From: Okamejei kenojei
Lineage: Eukaryota
Assembly (NCBI GenBank): GCA_035221665.1
Contig: CM069151.1
Span: forward strand, 19,096,001-19,160,000
Direction of reading: 5' to 3'
DNA length: 64,000 nt
In this document: positions 27,001 through 39,000 of the stretch, piece by piece
Layout of the letters: each line of letters starts with the position of its first letter
Position numbering within the stretch: the stretch's first letter is position 1
The notes under the pieces: model-generated
Database searches by the model: none
What the model was told of the DNA's origin: nothing
The model's input: the letters and a program-made list of their open reading frames with translations, nothing else
Program-made: the position numbers and the translations under genes

Positions 27001-30000
27001 GGATAAACAACCGTCAATCACTTACCAGCTGTGTAGCTGCTGGTCGATGTCGTTGTGGGTGGTACCTTTGTTGTTGTTGTTTCTGTAAAACATAAAAGAT
27101 GTCACAGCAAGTTATAATGCACACTGTGGCTCGATGACCGTATCAGGTCCAACTTCTCATTTTTAATTTCAGGGTGTAGGTTCCACCACCAATGCAGGCA
27201 TTTATTGTTAATTCACAATTGCCCCATGTTAAGGATGCAATTGCTCAACCTTCCATCAGCAGCCTTTTGTGTTTCCATTCATCACATTCAGTTAGATTGT
27301 CATGTTAACAATAGATTTTCTTCTTCATGTTGCCCTTTGAATTGAAACATCAATCCAATTATGCCATCCTATCAAAGCAATCAATTGGGAAGAATAATGT
27401 GAGATAGAATCAGAGTGATATTTTGTTCAATGATGGAAGAATAAACCAGGTTCCTTTGGAGAGCAACTGTGGGCCAGAAGTACAGTAATCCCACTGTTAT
27501 CTGTCTAGTTTGCTAGTAGATGGTAGTAGATGATGTTGTGGTCTGAAACTCTGTTGGTGAAGTTGTTTCTAAATGGTGATAAGGAGTGAGAGAGGGTTAA
27601 AGAAGGGAAGAGTAAGAGTTCCTCATAGGGAAAAGAACCAAGTTGAAGGATACTCTGTACTTTAGATCAGTGGCTTGAGAATTGCTGCTGCAAATAGACA
27701 GAGGGAAGGAGGATGGGAGAGTTTATGGACCGCAGCAGAAGGACGTCGTCGGTGAGGGCTAGAATTTTAAGAAACTGAGAAGTAGCGTGGCCAAATGAAG
27801 AGCGGGAATTAATGGAAAGAATATGGGCTGGATAGTTTGTACAGAGTTCATTAGAGGGGAAACTTGATGGATTGAAATGCATGTGGAACTCTCACTGAAA
27901 CATAATAAAATTCCAAATGCCCCTTCAATAAAAAGATAGTTTCCTTGCACATAACTGGCTTATTTACCAGAAATTGTTGTTGTTGTTGTACTTGGAGTTG
28001 TTGTTGCTACATACTCATAGCAAATTCGAATTTGATAGTCAAGACAGATGTTGACTTCCTCCAATGAATCATCGGAGACACTGCAGACCAGTCCTACGAC
28101 TGGGTCACAGGTCACATTGTCTGGTGATTCACTTATTGGCCACTCAGGATAATGGACAAATTGGCATTCGACTTTATTAATGATACAGTAACTGTAAGGA
28201 CACAGATCTTGCCGTATGGAGGCCAGTAATTCCGTATCGCCTGGACTGTATTCAGATGGTCTGTGGCTATTATACCATGCAGACCAGACACCATTACATT
28301 TCCAGCCTGGAAAAGGAGAAGCCAAGGTTCAGTTCATCTTCCTTCAAGTGTTCATTAAACAAAAATACACAATAAAATAGCAAGATTCATATTTCCTCAT
28401 TTTTCAGTACTAGCCCAGTGGTGAAGATGTGCAGCACCTACTCCCAAAACTCTGAAACATTGTGTCTTCTTTTGAATCACAGTATTTTTGATGACAAGGT
28501 ATGTTTAATCAAAATAAACTGTGGAATACTCATTCCCATTTCACATTGGACGCACATAATCATGAGCCTATTTCTGCCAATTATGGACATCACAAAATAT
28601 TGTATCAACTGATGTTGAATTCTTGATCAGCACAGTCTAATGGGAAAATTCACTGAAACACAGTCCTCTGAAGGATATCCACAATTTACAACACAAAGTC
28701 CACAGCTACAATTAATTCCAAAACTAATAGTTAAAAAATGCATTATCTGAGAAAGCTCAGTGAAAGTTGTACATTGCTGCTTTCTCAATGGCTCACCCAG
28801 AGTCCTTTTGCAGACAAACTTGGTGCAAGGATAAACAACCGTCAATCACTTACCAGCTGTGTAGCTGCTGGTCGATGTCGTTGTGGGTGGTACCTTTGTT
28901 GTTGTTGTTTCTGTAAAACATAAAAGATGTCACAGCAAGTTATAATGCACACTGTGGCTCGATGACCGTATCAGGTCCAACTTCTCATTTTTAATTTCAG
29001 GGTGTAGGTTCCACCACCAATGCAGGCATTTATTGTTAATTCACAATTGCCCCATGTTAAGGATGCAATTGCTCAACCTTCCATCAGCAGCCTTTTGTGT
29101 TTCCATTCATCACATTCAGTTAGATTGTCATGTTAACAATAGATTTTCTTCTTCATGTTGCCCTTTGAATTGAAACATCAATCCAATTATGCCATCCTAT
29201 CAAAGCAATCAATTGGGAAGAATAATGTGAGATAGAATCAGAGTGATATTTTGTTCAATGATGGAAGAATAAACCAGGTTCCTTTGGAGAGCAACTGTGG
29301 GCCAGAAGTACAGTAATCCCACTGTTATCTGTCTAGTTTGCTAGTAGATGGTAGTAGATGATGTTGTGGTCTGAAACTCTGTTGGTGAAGTTGTTTCTAA
29401 ATGGTGATAAGGAGTGAGAGAGGGTTAAAGAAGGGAAGAGTAAGAGTTCCTCATAGGGAAAAGAACCAAGTTGAAGGATACTCTGTACTTTAGATCAGTG
29501 GCTTGAGAATTGCTGCTGCAAATAGACAGAGGGAAGGAGGATGGGAGAGTTTATGGACCGCAGCAGAAGGACGTCGTCGGTGAGGGCTAGAATTTTAAGA
29601 AACTGAGAAGTAGCGTGGCCAAATGAAGAGCGGGAATTAATGGAAAGAATATGGGCTGGATAGTTTGTACAGAGTTCATTAGAGGGGAAACTTGATGGAT
29701 TGAAATGCATGTGGAACTCTCACTGAAACATAATAAAATTCCAAATGCCCCTTCAATAAAAGATAGTTTCCTTGCACATAACTGGCATATTTACCAGAAA
29801 TTGTTGTTGTTGATGTTGTACTTGGAGTTGTTGTTGCTACATACTCATAGCAAATTCGAATTTGATAGTCAAGACAGATGTTGACTTCCTCCAATGAATC
29901 ATCGGACACACTGCAGACCAGTCCTACGACTGGGTCACAGGTCACATTGTCTGGTGATTCACTTATTGGCCACTCAGGATAATGGACAAATTGGCATTCG

Positions 30001-33000
30001 ACTTTATTAATGATACAGTAACTGTAAGGACACAGATCTTGCCGTATGGAGGCCAGTAATTCCGTATCGCCTGGACTGTATTCAGATGGTCTGTGGCTAT
30101 TATACCATGCAGACCAGACACCATTACATTTCCAGCCTGGAAAAGGAGAAGCCAAGGTTCAGTTCATCTTCCTTCAAGTGTTCATTAAACAAAAATACAC
30201 AATAAAATAGCAAGATTCATATTTCCTCATTTTTCAGTACTAGCCCAGTGGTGAAGATGTGCAGCACCTACTCCCAAAACTCTGAAACATTGTGTCTTCT
30301 TTTGAATCACAGTATTTTTGATGACAAGGTATGTTTAATCAAAATAAACTGTGGAATACTCATTCCCATTTCACATTGGACGCACATAATCATGAGCCTA
30401 TTTCTGCCAATTATGGACATCACAAAATATTGTATCAACTGATGTTGAATTCTTGATCAGCACAGTCTAATGGGAAAATTCACTGAAACACAGTCCTCTG
30501 AAGGATATCCACAATTTACAACACAAAGTCCACAGCTACAATTAATTCCAAAACTAATAGTTAAAAAATGCATTATCTGAGAAAGCTCAGTGAAAGTTGT
30601 ACATTGCTGCTTTCTCAATGGCTCACCCAGAGTCCTTTTGCAGACAAACTTGGTGCAAGGATAAACAACCGTCAATCACTTACCAGCTGTGTAGCTGCTG
30701 GTCGATGTCGTTGTGGGTGGTACCTTTGTTGTTGTTGTTTCTGTAAAACATAAAAGATGTCACAGCAAGTTATAATGCACACTGTGGCTCGATGACCGTA
30801 TCAGGTCCAACTTCTCATTTTTAATTTCAGGGTGTAGGTTCCACCACCAATGCAGGCATTTATTGTTAATTCACAATTGCCCCATGTTAAGGATGCAATT
30901 GCTCAACCTTCCATCAGCAGCCTTTTGTGTTTCCATTCATCACATTCAGTTAGATTGTCATGTTAACAATAGATTTTCTTCTTCATGTTGCCCTTTGAAT
31001 TGAAACATCAATCCAATTATGCCATCCTATCAAAGCAATCAATTGGGAAGAATAATGTGAGATAGAATCAGAGTGATATTTTGTTCAATGATGGAAGAAT
31101 AAACCAGGTTCCTTTGGAGAGCAACTGTGGGCCAGAAGTACAGTAATCCCACTGTTATCTGTCTAGTTTGCTAGTAGATGGTAGTAGATGATGTTGTGGT
31201 CTGAAACTCTGTTGGTGAAGTTGTTTCTAAATGGTGATAAGGAGTGAGAGAGGGTTAAAGAAGGGAAGAGTAAGAGTTCCTCATAGGGAAAAGAACCAAG
31301 TTGAAGGATACTCTGTACTTTAGATCAGTGGCTTGAGAATTGCTGCTGCAAATAGACAGAGGGAAGGAGGATGGGAGAGTTTATGGACCGCAGCAGAAGG
31401 ACGTCGTCGGTGAGGGCTAGAATTTTAAGAAACTGAGAAGTAGCGTGGCCAAATGAAGAGCGGGAATTAATGGAAAGAATATGGGCTGGATAGTTTGTAC
31501 AGAGTTCATTAGAGGGGAAACTTGATGGATTGAAATGCATGTGGAACTCTCACTGAAACATAATAAAATTCCAAATGCCCCTTCAATAAAAGATAGTTTC
31601 CTTGCACATAACTGGCATATTTACCAGAAATTGTTGTTGTTGATGTTGTACTTGGAGTTGTTGTTGCTACATACTCATAGCAAATTCGAATTTGATAGTC
31701 AAGACAGATGTTGACTTCCTCCAATGAATCATCGGAGACACTGCAGACCAGTCCTACGACTGGGTCACAGGTCACATTGTCTGGTGATTCACTTATTGGC
31801 CACTCAGGATAATGGACAAATTGGCATTCGACTTTATTAATGATACAGTAACTGGAAGGACACAATTCTTGCCGTATGGAGGCCAGTAATTCCGTATCGC
31901 CTGGACTGTATTCAGATGGTCTGTGGCTATTATACCATGCAGACCAGACACCATTACATTTCCAGCCAAGGTTCAGTTCATCTTCCTTCAAGTGTTCATT
32001 AAACAAAAATACACAATAAAATAGCAAGATTCATATTTCCTCATTTTTCAGTACTAGCCCAGTGGTGAAGATGTGCAGCACCTACTCCCAAAACTCTGAA
32101 ACATTGTGTCTTCTTTTGAATCACAGTATTTTTGATGACAAGGTATGTTTAATCAAAATAAACTGTGGAATACTCATTCCCATTTCACATTGGACGCACA
32201 TAATCATGAGCCTATTTCTGCCAATTATGGACATCACAAAATATTGTATCAACTGATGTTGAATTCTTGATCAGCACAGTCTAATGGGAAAATTCACTGA
32301 AACACAGTCCTCTGAAGGATATCCACAATTTACAACACAAAGTCCACAGCTACAATTAATTCCAAAACTAATAGTTAAAAAATGCATTATCTGAGAAAGC
32401 TCAGTGAAAGTTGTACATTGCTGCTTTCTCAATGGCTCACCCAGAGTCCTTTTGCAGACAAACTTGGTGCAAGGATAAACAACCGTCAATCACTTACCAG
32501 CTGTGTAGCTGCTGGTCGATGTCGTTGTGGGTGGTACCTTTGTTGTTGTTGTTTCTGTAAAACATAAAAGATGTCACAGCAAGTTATAATGCACACTGTG
32601 GCTCGATGACCGTATCAGGTCCAACTTCTCATTTTTAATTTCAGGGTGTAGGTTCCACCACCAATGCAGGCATTTATTGTTAATTCACAATTGCCCCATG
32701 TTAAGGATGCAATTGCTCAACCTTCCATCAGCAGCCTTTTGTGTTTCCATTCATCACATTCAGTTAGATTGTCATGTTAACAATAGATTTTCTTCTTCAT
32801 GTTGCCCTTTGAATTGAAACATCAATCCAATTATGCCATCCTATCAAAGCAATCAATTGGGAAGAATAATGTGAGATAGAATCAGAGTGATATTTTGTTC
32901 AATGATGGAAGAATAAACCAGGTTCCTTTGGAGAGCAACTGTGGGCCAGAAGTACAGTAATCCCACTGTTATCTGTCTAGTTTGCTAGTAGATGGTAGTA

Positions 33001-36000
33001 GATGATGTTGTGGTCTGAAACTCTGTTGGTGAAGTTGTTTCTAAATGGTGATAAGGAGTGAGAGAGGGTTAAAGAAGGGAAGAGTAAGAGTTCCTCATAG
33101 GGAAAAGAACCAAGTTGAAGGATACTCTGTACTTTAGATCAGTGGCTTGAGAATTGCTGCTGCAAATAGACAGAGGGAAGGAGGATGGGAGAGTTTATGG
33201 ACCGCAGCAGAAGGACGTCGTCGGTGAGGGCTAGAATTTTAAGAAACTGAGAAGTAGCGTGGCCAAATGAAGAGCGGGAATTAATGGAAAGAATATGGGC
33301 TGGATAGTTTGTACAGAGTTCATTAGAGGGGAAACTTGATGGATTGAAATGCATGTGGAACTCTCACTGAAACATAATAAAATTCCAAATGCCCCTTCAA
33401 TAAAAGATAGTTTCCTTGCACATAACTGGCATATTTACCAGAAATTGTTGTTGTTGATGTTGTACTTGGAGTTGTTGTTGCTACATACTCATAGCAAATT
33501 CGAATTTGATAGTCAAGACAGATGTTGACTTCCTCCAATGAATCATCGGAGACACTGCAGACCAGTCCTACGACTGGGTCACAGGTCACATTGTCTGGTG
33601 ATTCACTTATTGGCCACTCAGGATAATGGACAAATTGGCATTCGACTTTATTAATGATACAGTAACTGGAAGGACACAGATCTTGCCGTATGGAGGCCAG
33701 TAATTCCGTGTCGCCTGGACTGTATTCAGATGGTCTGTGGCTATTATACCATGCAGACCAGACACCATTACATTTCCGGCCTGGAAAAGGAGAAGCCAAG
33801 GTTCAGTTCATCTTCCTTCAAGTGTTCATTAAACAAAAATACACAATAAAATAGCAAGATTCATATTTCCTCATTTTTCAGTACTAGCCCAGTGGTGAAG
33901 ATGTGCAGCACCTACTCCCAAAACTCTGAAACATTGTGTCTTCTTTTGAATCACAGTATTTTTGATGACAAGGTATGTTTAATCAAAATAAACTGTGGAA
34001 TACTCATTCCCATTTCACATTGGACGCACATAATCATGAGCCTATTTCTGCCAATTATGGACATCACAAAATATTGTATCAACTGATGTTGAATTCTTGA
34101 TCAGCACAGTCTAATGGGAAAATTCACTGAAACACAGTCCTCTGAAGGATATCCACAATTTACAACAAAGTCCACAGCTACAATTAATTCCAAAACTAAT
34201 AGTTAAAAAATGCATTATCTGAGAAAGCTCAGTGAAAGTTGTACATTGCTGCTTTCTCAATGGCTCACCCAGAGTCCTTTTGCAGACAAACTTGGTGCAA
34301 GGATAAACAACCGTCAATCACTTACCAGCTGTGTAGCTGCTGGTCGATGTCGTTGTGGGTGGTACCTTTGTTGTTGTTGTTTCTGTAAAACATAAAAGAT
34401 GTCACAGCAAGTTATAATGCACACTGTGGCTCGATGACCGTATCAGGTCCAACTTCTCATTTTTAATTTCAGGGTGTAGGTTCCACCACCAATGCAGGCA
34501 TTTATTGTTAATTCACAATTGCCCCATGTTAAGGATGCAATTGCTCAACCTTCCATCAGCAGCCTTTTGTGTTTCCATTCATCACATTCAGTTAGATTGT
34601 CATGTTAACAATAGATTTTCTTCTTCATGTTGCCCTTTGAATTGAAACATCAATCCAATTATGCCATCCTATCAAAGCAATCAATTGGGAAGAATAATGT
34701 GAGATAGAATCAGAGTGATATTTTGTTCAATGATGGAAGAATAAACCAGGTTCCTTTGGAGAGCAACTGTGGGCCAGAAGTACAGTAATCCCACTGTTAT
34801 CTGTCTAGTTTGCTAGTAGATGGTAGTAGATGATGTTGTGGTCTGAAACTCTGTTGGTGAAGTTGTTTCTAAATGGTGATAAGGAGTGAGAGAGGGTTAA
34901 AGAAGGGAAGAGTAAGAGTTCCTCATAGGGAAAAGAACCAAGTTGAAGGATACTCTGTACTTTAGATCAGTGGCTTGAGAATTGCTGCTGCAAATAGACA
35001 GAGGGAAGGAGGATGGGAGAGTTTATGGACCGCAGCAGAAGGACGTCGTCGGTGAGGGCTAGAATTTTAAGAAACTGAGAAGTAGCGTGGCCAAATGAAG
35101 AGCGGGAATTAATGGAAAGAATATGGGCTGGATAGTTTGTACAGAGTTCATTAGAGGGGAAACTTGATGGATTGAAATGCATGTGGAACTCTCACTGAAA
35201 CATAATAAAATTCCAAATGCCCCTTCAATAAAAGATAGTTTCCTTGCACATAACTGGCATTATTTACCAGAAATTGTTGTTGTTGATGTTGTACTTGGAG
35301 TTGTTGTTGCTACATACTCATAGCAAATTCGAATTTGATAGTCAAGACAGATGTTGACTTCCTCCAATGAATCATCGGAGACACTGCAGACCAGTCCTAC
35401 GACTGGGTCACAGGTCACATTGTCTGGTGATTCACTTATTGGCCACTCAGGATAATGGACAAATTGGCATTCGACTTTATTAATGATACAGTAACTGGAA
35501 GGACACAGATCTTGCCGTATGGAGGCCAGTAATTCCGTATCGCCTGGACTGTATTCAGATGGTCTGTGGCTATTATACCATGCAGACCAGACACCATTAC
35601 ATTTCCAGCCTGGAAAAGGAGAAGCCAAGGTTCAGTTCATCTTCCTTCAAGTGTTCATTAAACAAAAATACACAATAAAATAGCAAGATTCATATTTCCT
35701 CATTTTTCAGTACTAGCCCAGTGGTGAAGATGTGCAGCACCTACTCCCAAAACTCTGAAACATTGTGTCTTCTTTTGAATCACAGTATTTTTGATGACAA
35801 GGTATGTTTAATCAAAATAAACTGTGGAATACTCATTCCCATTTCACATTGGACGCACATAATCATGAGCCTATTTCTGCCAATTATGGACATCACAAAA
35901 TATTGTATCAACTGATGTTGAATTCTTGATCAGCACAGTCTAATGGGAAAATTCACTGAAACACAGTCCTCTGAAGGATATCCACAATTTACAACAAAGT

Positions 36001-39000
36001 CCACAGCTACAATTAATTCCAAAACTAATAGTTAAAAAATGCATTATCTGAGAAAGCTCAGTGAAAGTTGTACATTGCTGCTTTCTCAATGGCTCACCCA
36101 GAGTCCTTTTGCAGACAAACTTGGTGCAAGGATAAACAACCGTCAATCACTTACCAGCTGTGTAGCTGCTGGTCGATGTCGTTGTGGGTGGTACCTTTGT
36201 TGTTGTTGTTTCTGTAAAACATAAAAGATGTCACAGCAAGTTATAATGCACACTGTGGCTCGATGACCGTATCAGGTCCAACTTCTCATTTTTAATTTCA
36301 GGGTGTAGGTTCCACCACCAATGCAGGCATTTATTGTTAATTCACAATTGCCCCATGTTAAGGATGCAATTGCTCAACCTTCCATCAGCAGCCTTTTGTG
36401 TTTCCATTCATCACATTCAGTTAGATTGTCATGTTAACAATAGATTTTCTTCTTCATGTTGCCCTTTGAATTGAAACATCAATCCAATTATGCCATCCTA
36501 TCAAAGCAATCAATTGGGAAGAATAATGTGAGATAGAATCAGAGTGATATTTTGTTCAATAATGGAAGAATAAACCAGGTTCCTTTGGAGAGCAACTGTG
36601 GGCCAGAAGTACAGTAATCCCACTGTTATCTGTCTAGTTTGCTAGTAGATGGTAGTAGATGATGTTGTGGTCTGAAACTCTGTTGGTGAAGTTGTTTCTA
36701 AATGGTGATAAGGAGTGAGAGAGGGTTAAAGAAGGGAAGAGTAAGAGTTCCTCATAGGGAAAAGAACCAAGTTGAAGGATACTCTGTACTTTAGATCAGT
36801 GGCTTGAGAATTGCTGCTGCAAATAGACAGAGGGAAGGAGGATGGGAGAGTTTATGGACCGCAGCAGAAGGACGTCGTCGGTGAGGGCTAGAATTTTAAG
36901 AAACTGAGAAGTAGCGTGGCCAAATGAAGGGCGGGAATTAATGGAAAGAATATGGGCTGGATAGTTTGTACAGAGTTCATTAGAGGGGAAACTTGATGGA
37001 TTGAAATGCATGTGGAACTCTCACTGAAACATAATAAAATTCCAAATGCCCCTTCAATAAAAGATAGTTTCCTTGCACATAACTGGCATATTTACCAGAA
37101 ATTGTTGTTGTTGATGTTGTACTTGAAGTTGTTGTTGCTACATACTCATAGCAAATTCGAATTTGATAGTCAAGACAGATGTTGACTTCCTCCAATGAAT
37201 CATCGGAGACTCTGCAGACCAGTCCTACGACTGGGTCACAGGTCACATTGTCTGGTGATTCACTTATTGGCCACTCAGGATAATGGACAAATTGGCATCC
37301 TATCAAAGCAATTGCCACAAAGAGTCGCCACACTGACGGTTACCAATGCCTGAAACAGTCCGTTCTGTATAATGTCTCAGGACCCTGCCATCATGATGCA
37401 CCAAGATCTAATAAGAACTTAGTCATCAACCTTGCCCCATTCCCAGTCTCCTTATTTCTATTCTTGATTGTGCTTACAAACCTGGTCTACACTGGCCAGC
37501 CTCTGTGTCGGCACCTGCTTCTGTGAAAATTATCACCTCCTGCTCTCTAACTCCAGGCAACTTTGGCCTCGTCTTTGGCTGAAGATCTCAGCAGTGATTC
37601 CACCACTGACCAGATGCACCATGCACCACCGAGCTGAACTACTAGATGCACGATTGAGCAGAACTTCTAGCTCACTAATTGGGGCGCACTGCTGTCTCAA
37701 TGCATTCAATGTATTTTTGAAACTGAGGAGATGATGCTTTAGTCAAAATATACAATCTTGGGATAAGTAATGAATCTCTGCAGCAACTCATGTACATTGC
37801 TAGATAATCTGTCAATTGGTCACAACTCTCTTTAAGAAGTTGGTTATGGTGCATATCAGCTCCTACCTCAACAAGAACCTCGACCCATTACAGTTTGCCT
37901 ATCATCACAATAGGTCCACGGAGGATCCGATCTCACTAGCTATCCACTCCGCACTGGACCACTTGGACAATATAACACTTACGTCAGGTTGTTGTTTATA
38001 GACTACAGCTCGGCGTTCTATACCATCATCCCCTGCAAGCTGGTTACCAAGCTCACGGAATTGGGTCTCTGTGCATCCCTCTGCAATTGGATCCTCAACT
38101 TCCTCATTCACAGACCATAGTCTGTTCGAATTGGCTGAAATACTTAATCCTCAGTAACAATCAGAACGGGAGCACCACAAGGTTGCATGCTCAGCCCCCT
38201 ACTCTACTCACTCTATACTCATGACTGTGAAGCCGGACACAGTGCAAACTCCATCTTCAAGTTCATCAATGACACCACTGTTGTGGGACGAATTACAGAT
38301 GGTGATGAATCAGAGTATGGAAGTGAGATTGACCGATTATCCAAATAGTGCCAGCACAACAACAAGGCTCACAATATCTGTAAAACCAAAGAAATGATTG
38401 TGGACTTTGGAAGAGGAAGGATGAGGACCCACAATCCTGTTTATATCAATGGGACGATGGTGGAGAGAATCAAAAACTTCAAATTCCTGGGCGTGCATAT
38501 TTCCGAAGATCTTTGCTGGGCCCAGCACACTGATGCAATATTAATGAAAGCACATCAGAGCCTTTACTTCTTGAAAAGGTTACAGAGATTCGGTATGTCA
38601 AAGAGGATTCTCTTGAACTTCTACAGGTGCACAGTAGAGAGCATATTGACTGGCTGCATCATGGCCTGGTTGGGCAACGTGAACATCCAGGAGCAGAAAA
38701 GTTTGCAAAAAGTTGTGAACACTGCCCAGTCCATCACTGGCTCTGATGTCCCCACCATTGATGGGATTTATCAAAGTCGCTGCCTCAAAAAGGGAGCCAG
38801 CATCAACAGAGACCTACACCATCCTGGCCACACACTCATTTCACCACTGCCGTCAGGAAGAAGGTACAGGAGCCTGAAAAATGTAACTTCCAGGTTCAGG
38901 AACAGCTTCTTCCCTACAGCCATCAGGCTATTAAACACTACATCCTCCTATAAGCTCTGAACTACAATAGACTATTATAATTAATATTGCACTATTATTG

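Larger units (their letters stand above)
23229..37298. repeat. Tandem array of ~7.7 near-identical 1.83 kb cassettes (CysD exon + pseudo-exon + PTS mini-exon)
   Basis: Equivalent positions at 23253, 25080, 26910, 28738, 30568, 32382, 34210, 36039 (periods 1827, 1830, 1828, 1830, 1814, 1828, 1829). Confidence 0.97.

Noticed and set aside
23253-37011. Recurrent short ORFs (MHYLRK..., MVKMCS..., MHFNPS..., MTVVYP...)
   Set aside because: Intronic or antisense ORFs that recur only because the DNA unit is repeated; no domain-like features.
23229-37298. CRISPR-like or transposon array interpretation
   Set aside because: Units are 1.83 kb with no unique spacers, TIRs or LTRs, and contain spliceosomal exons.
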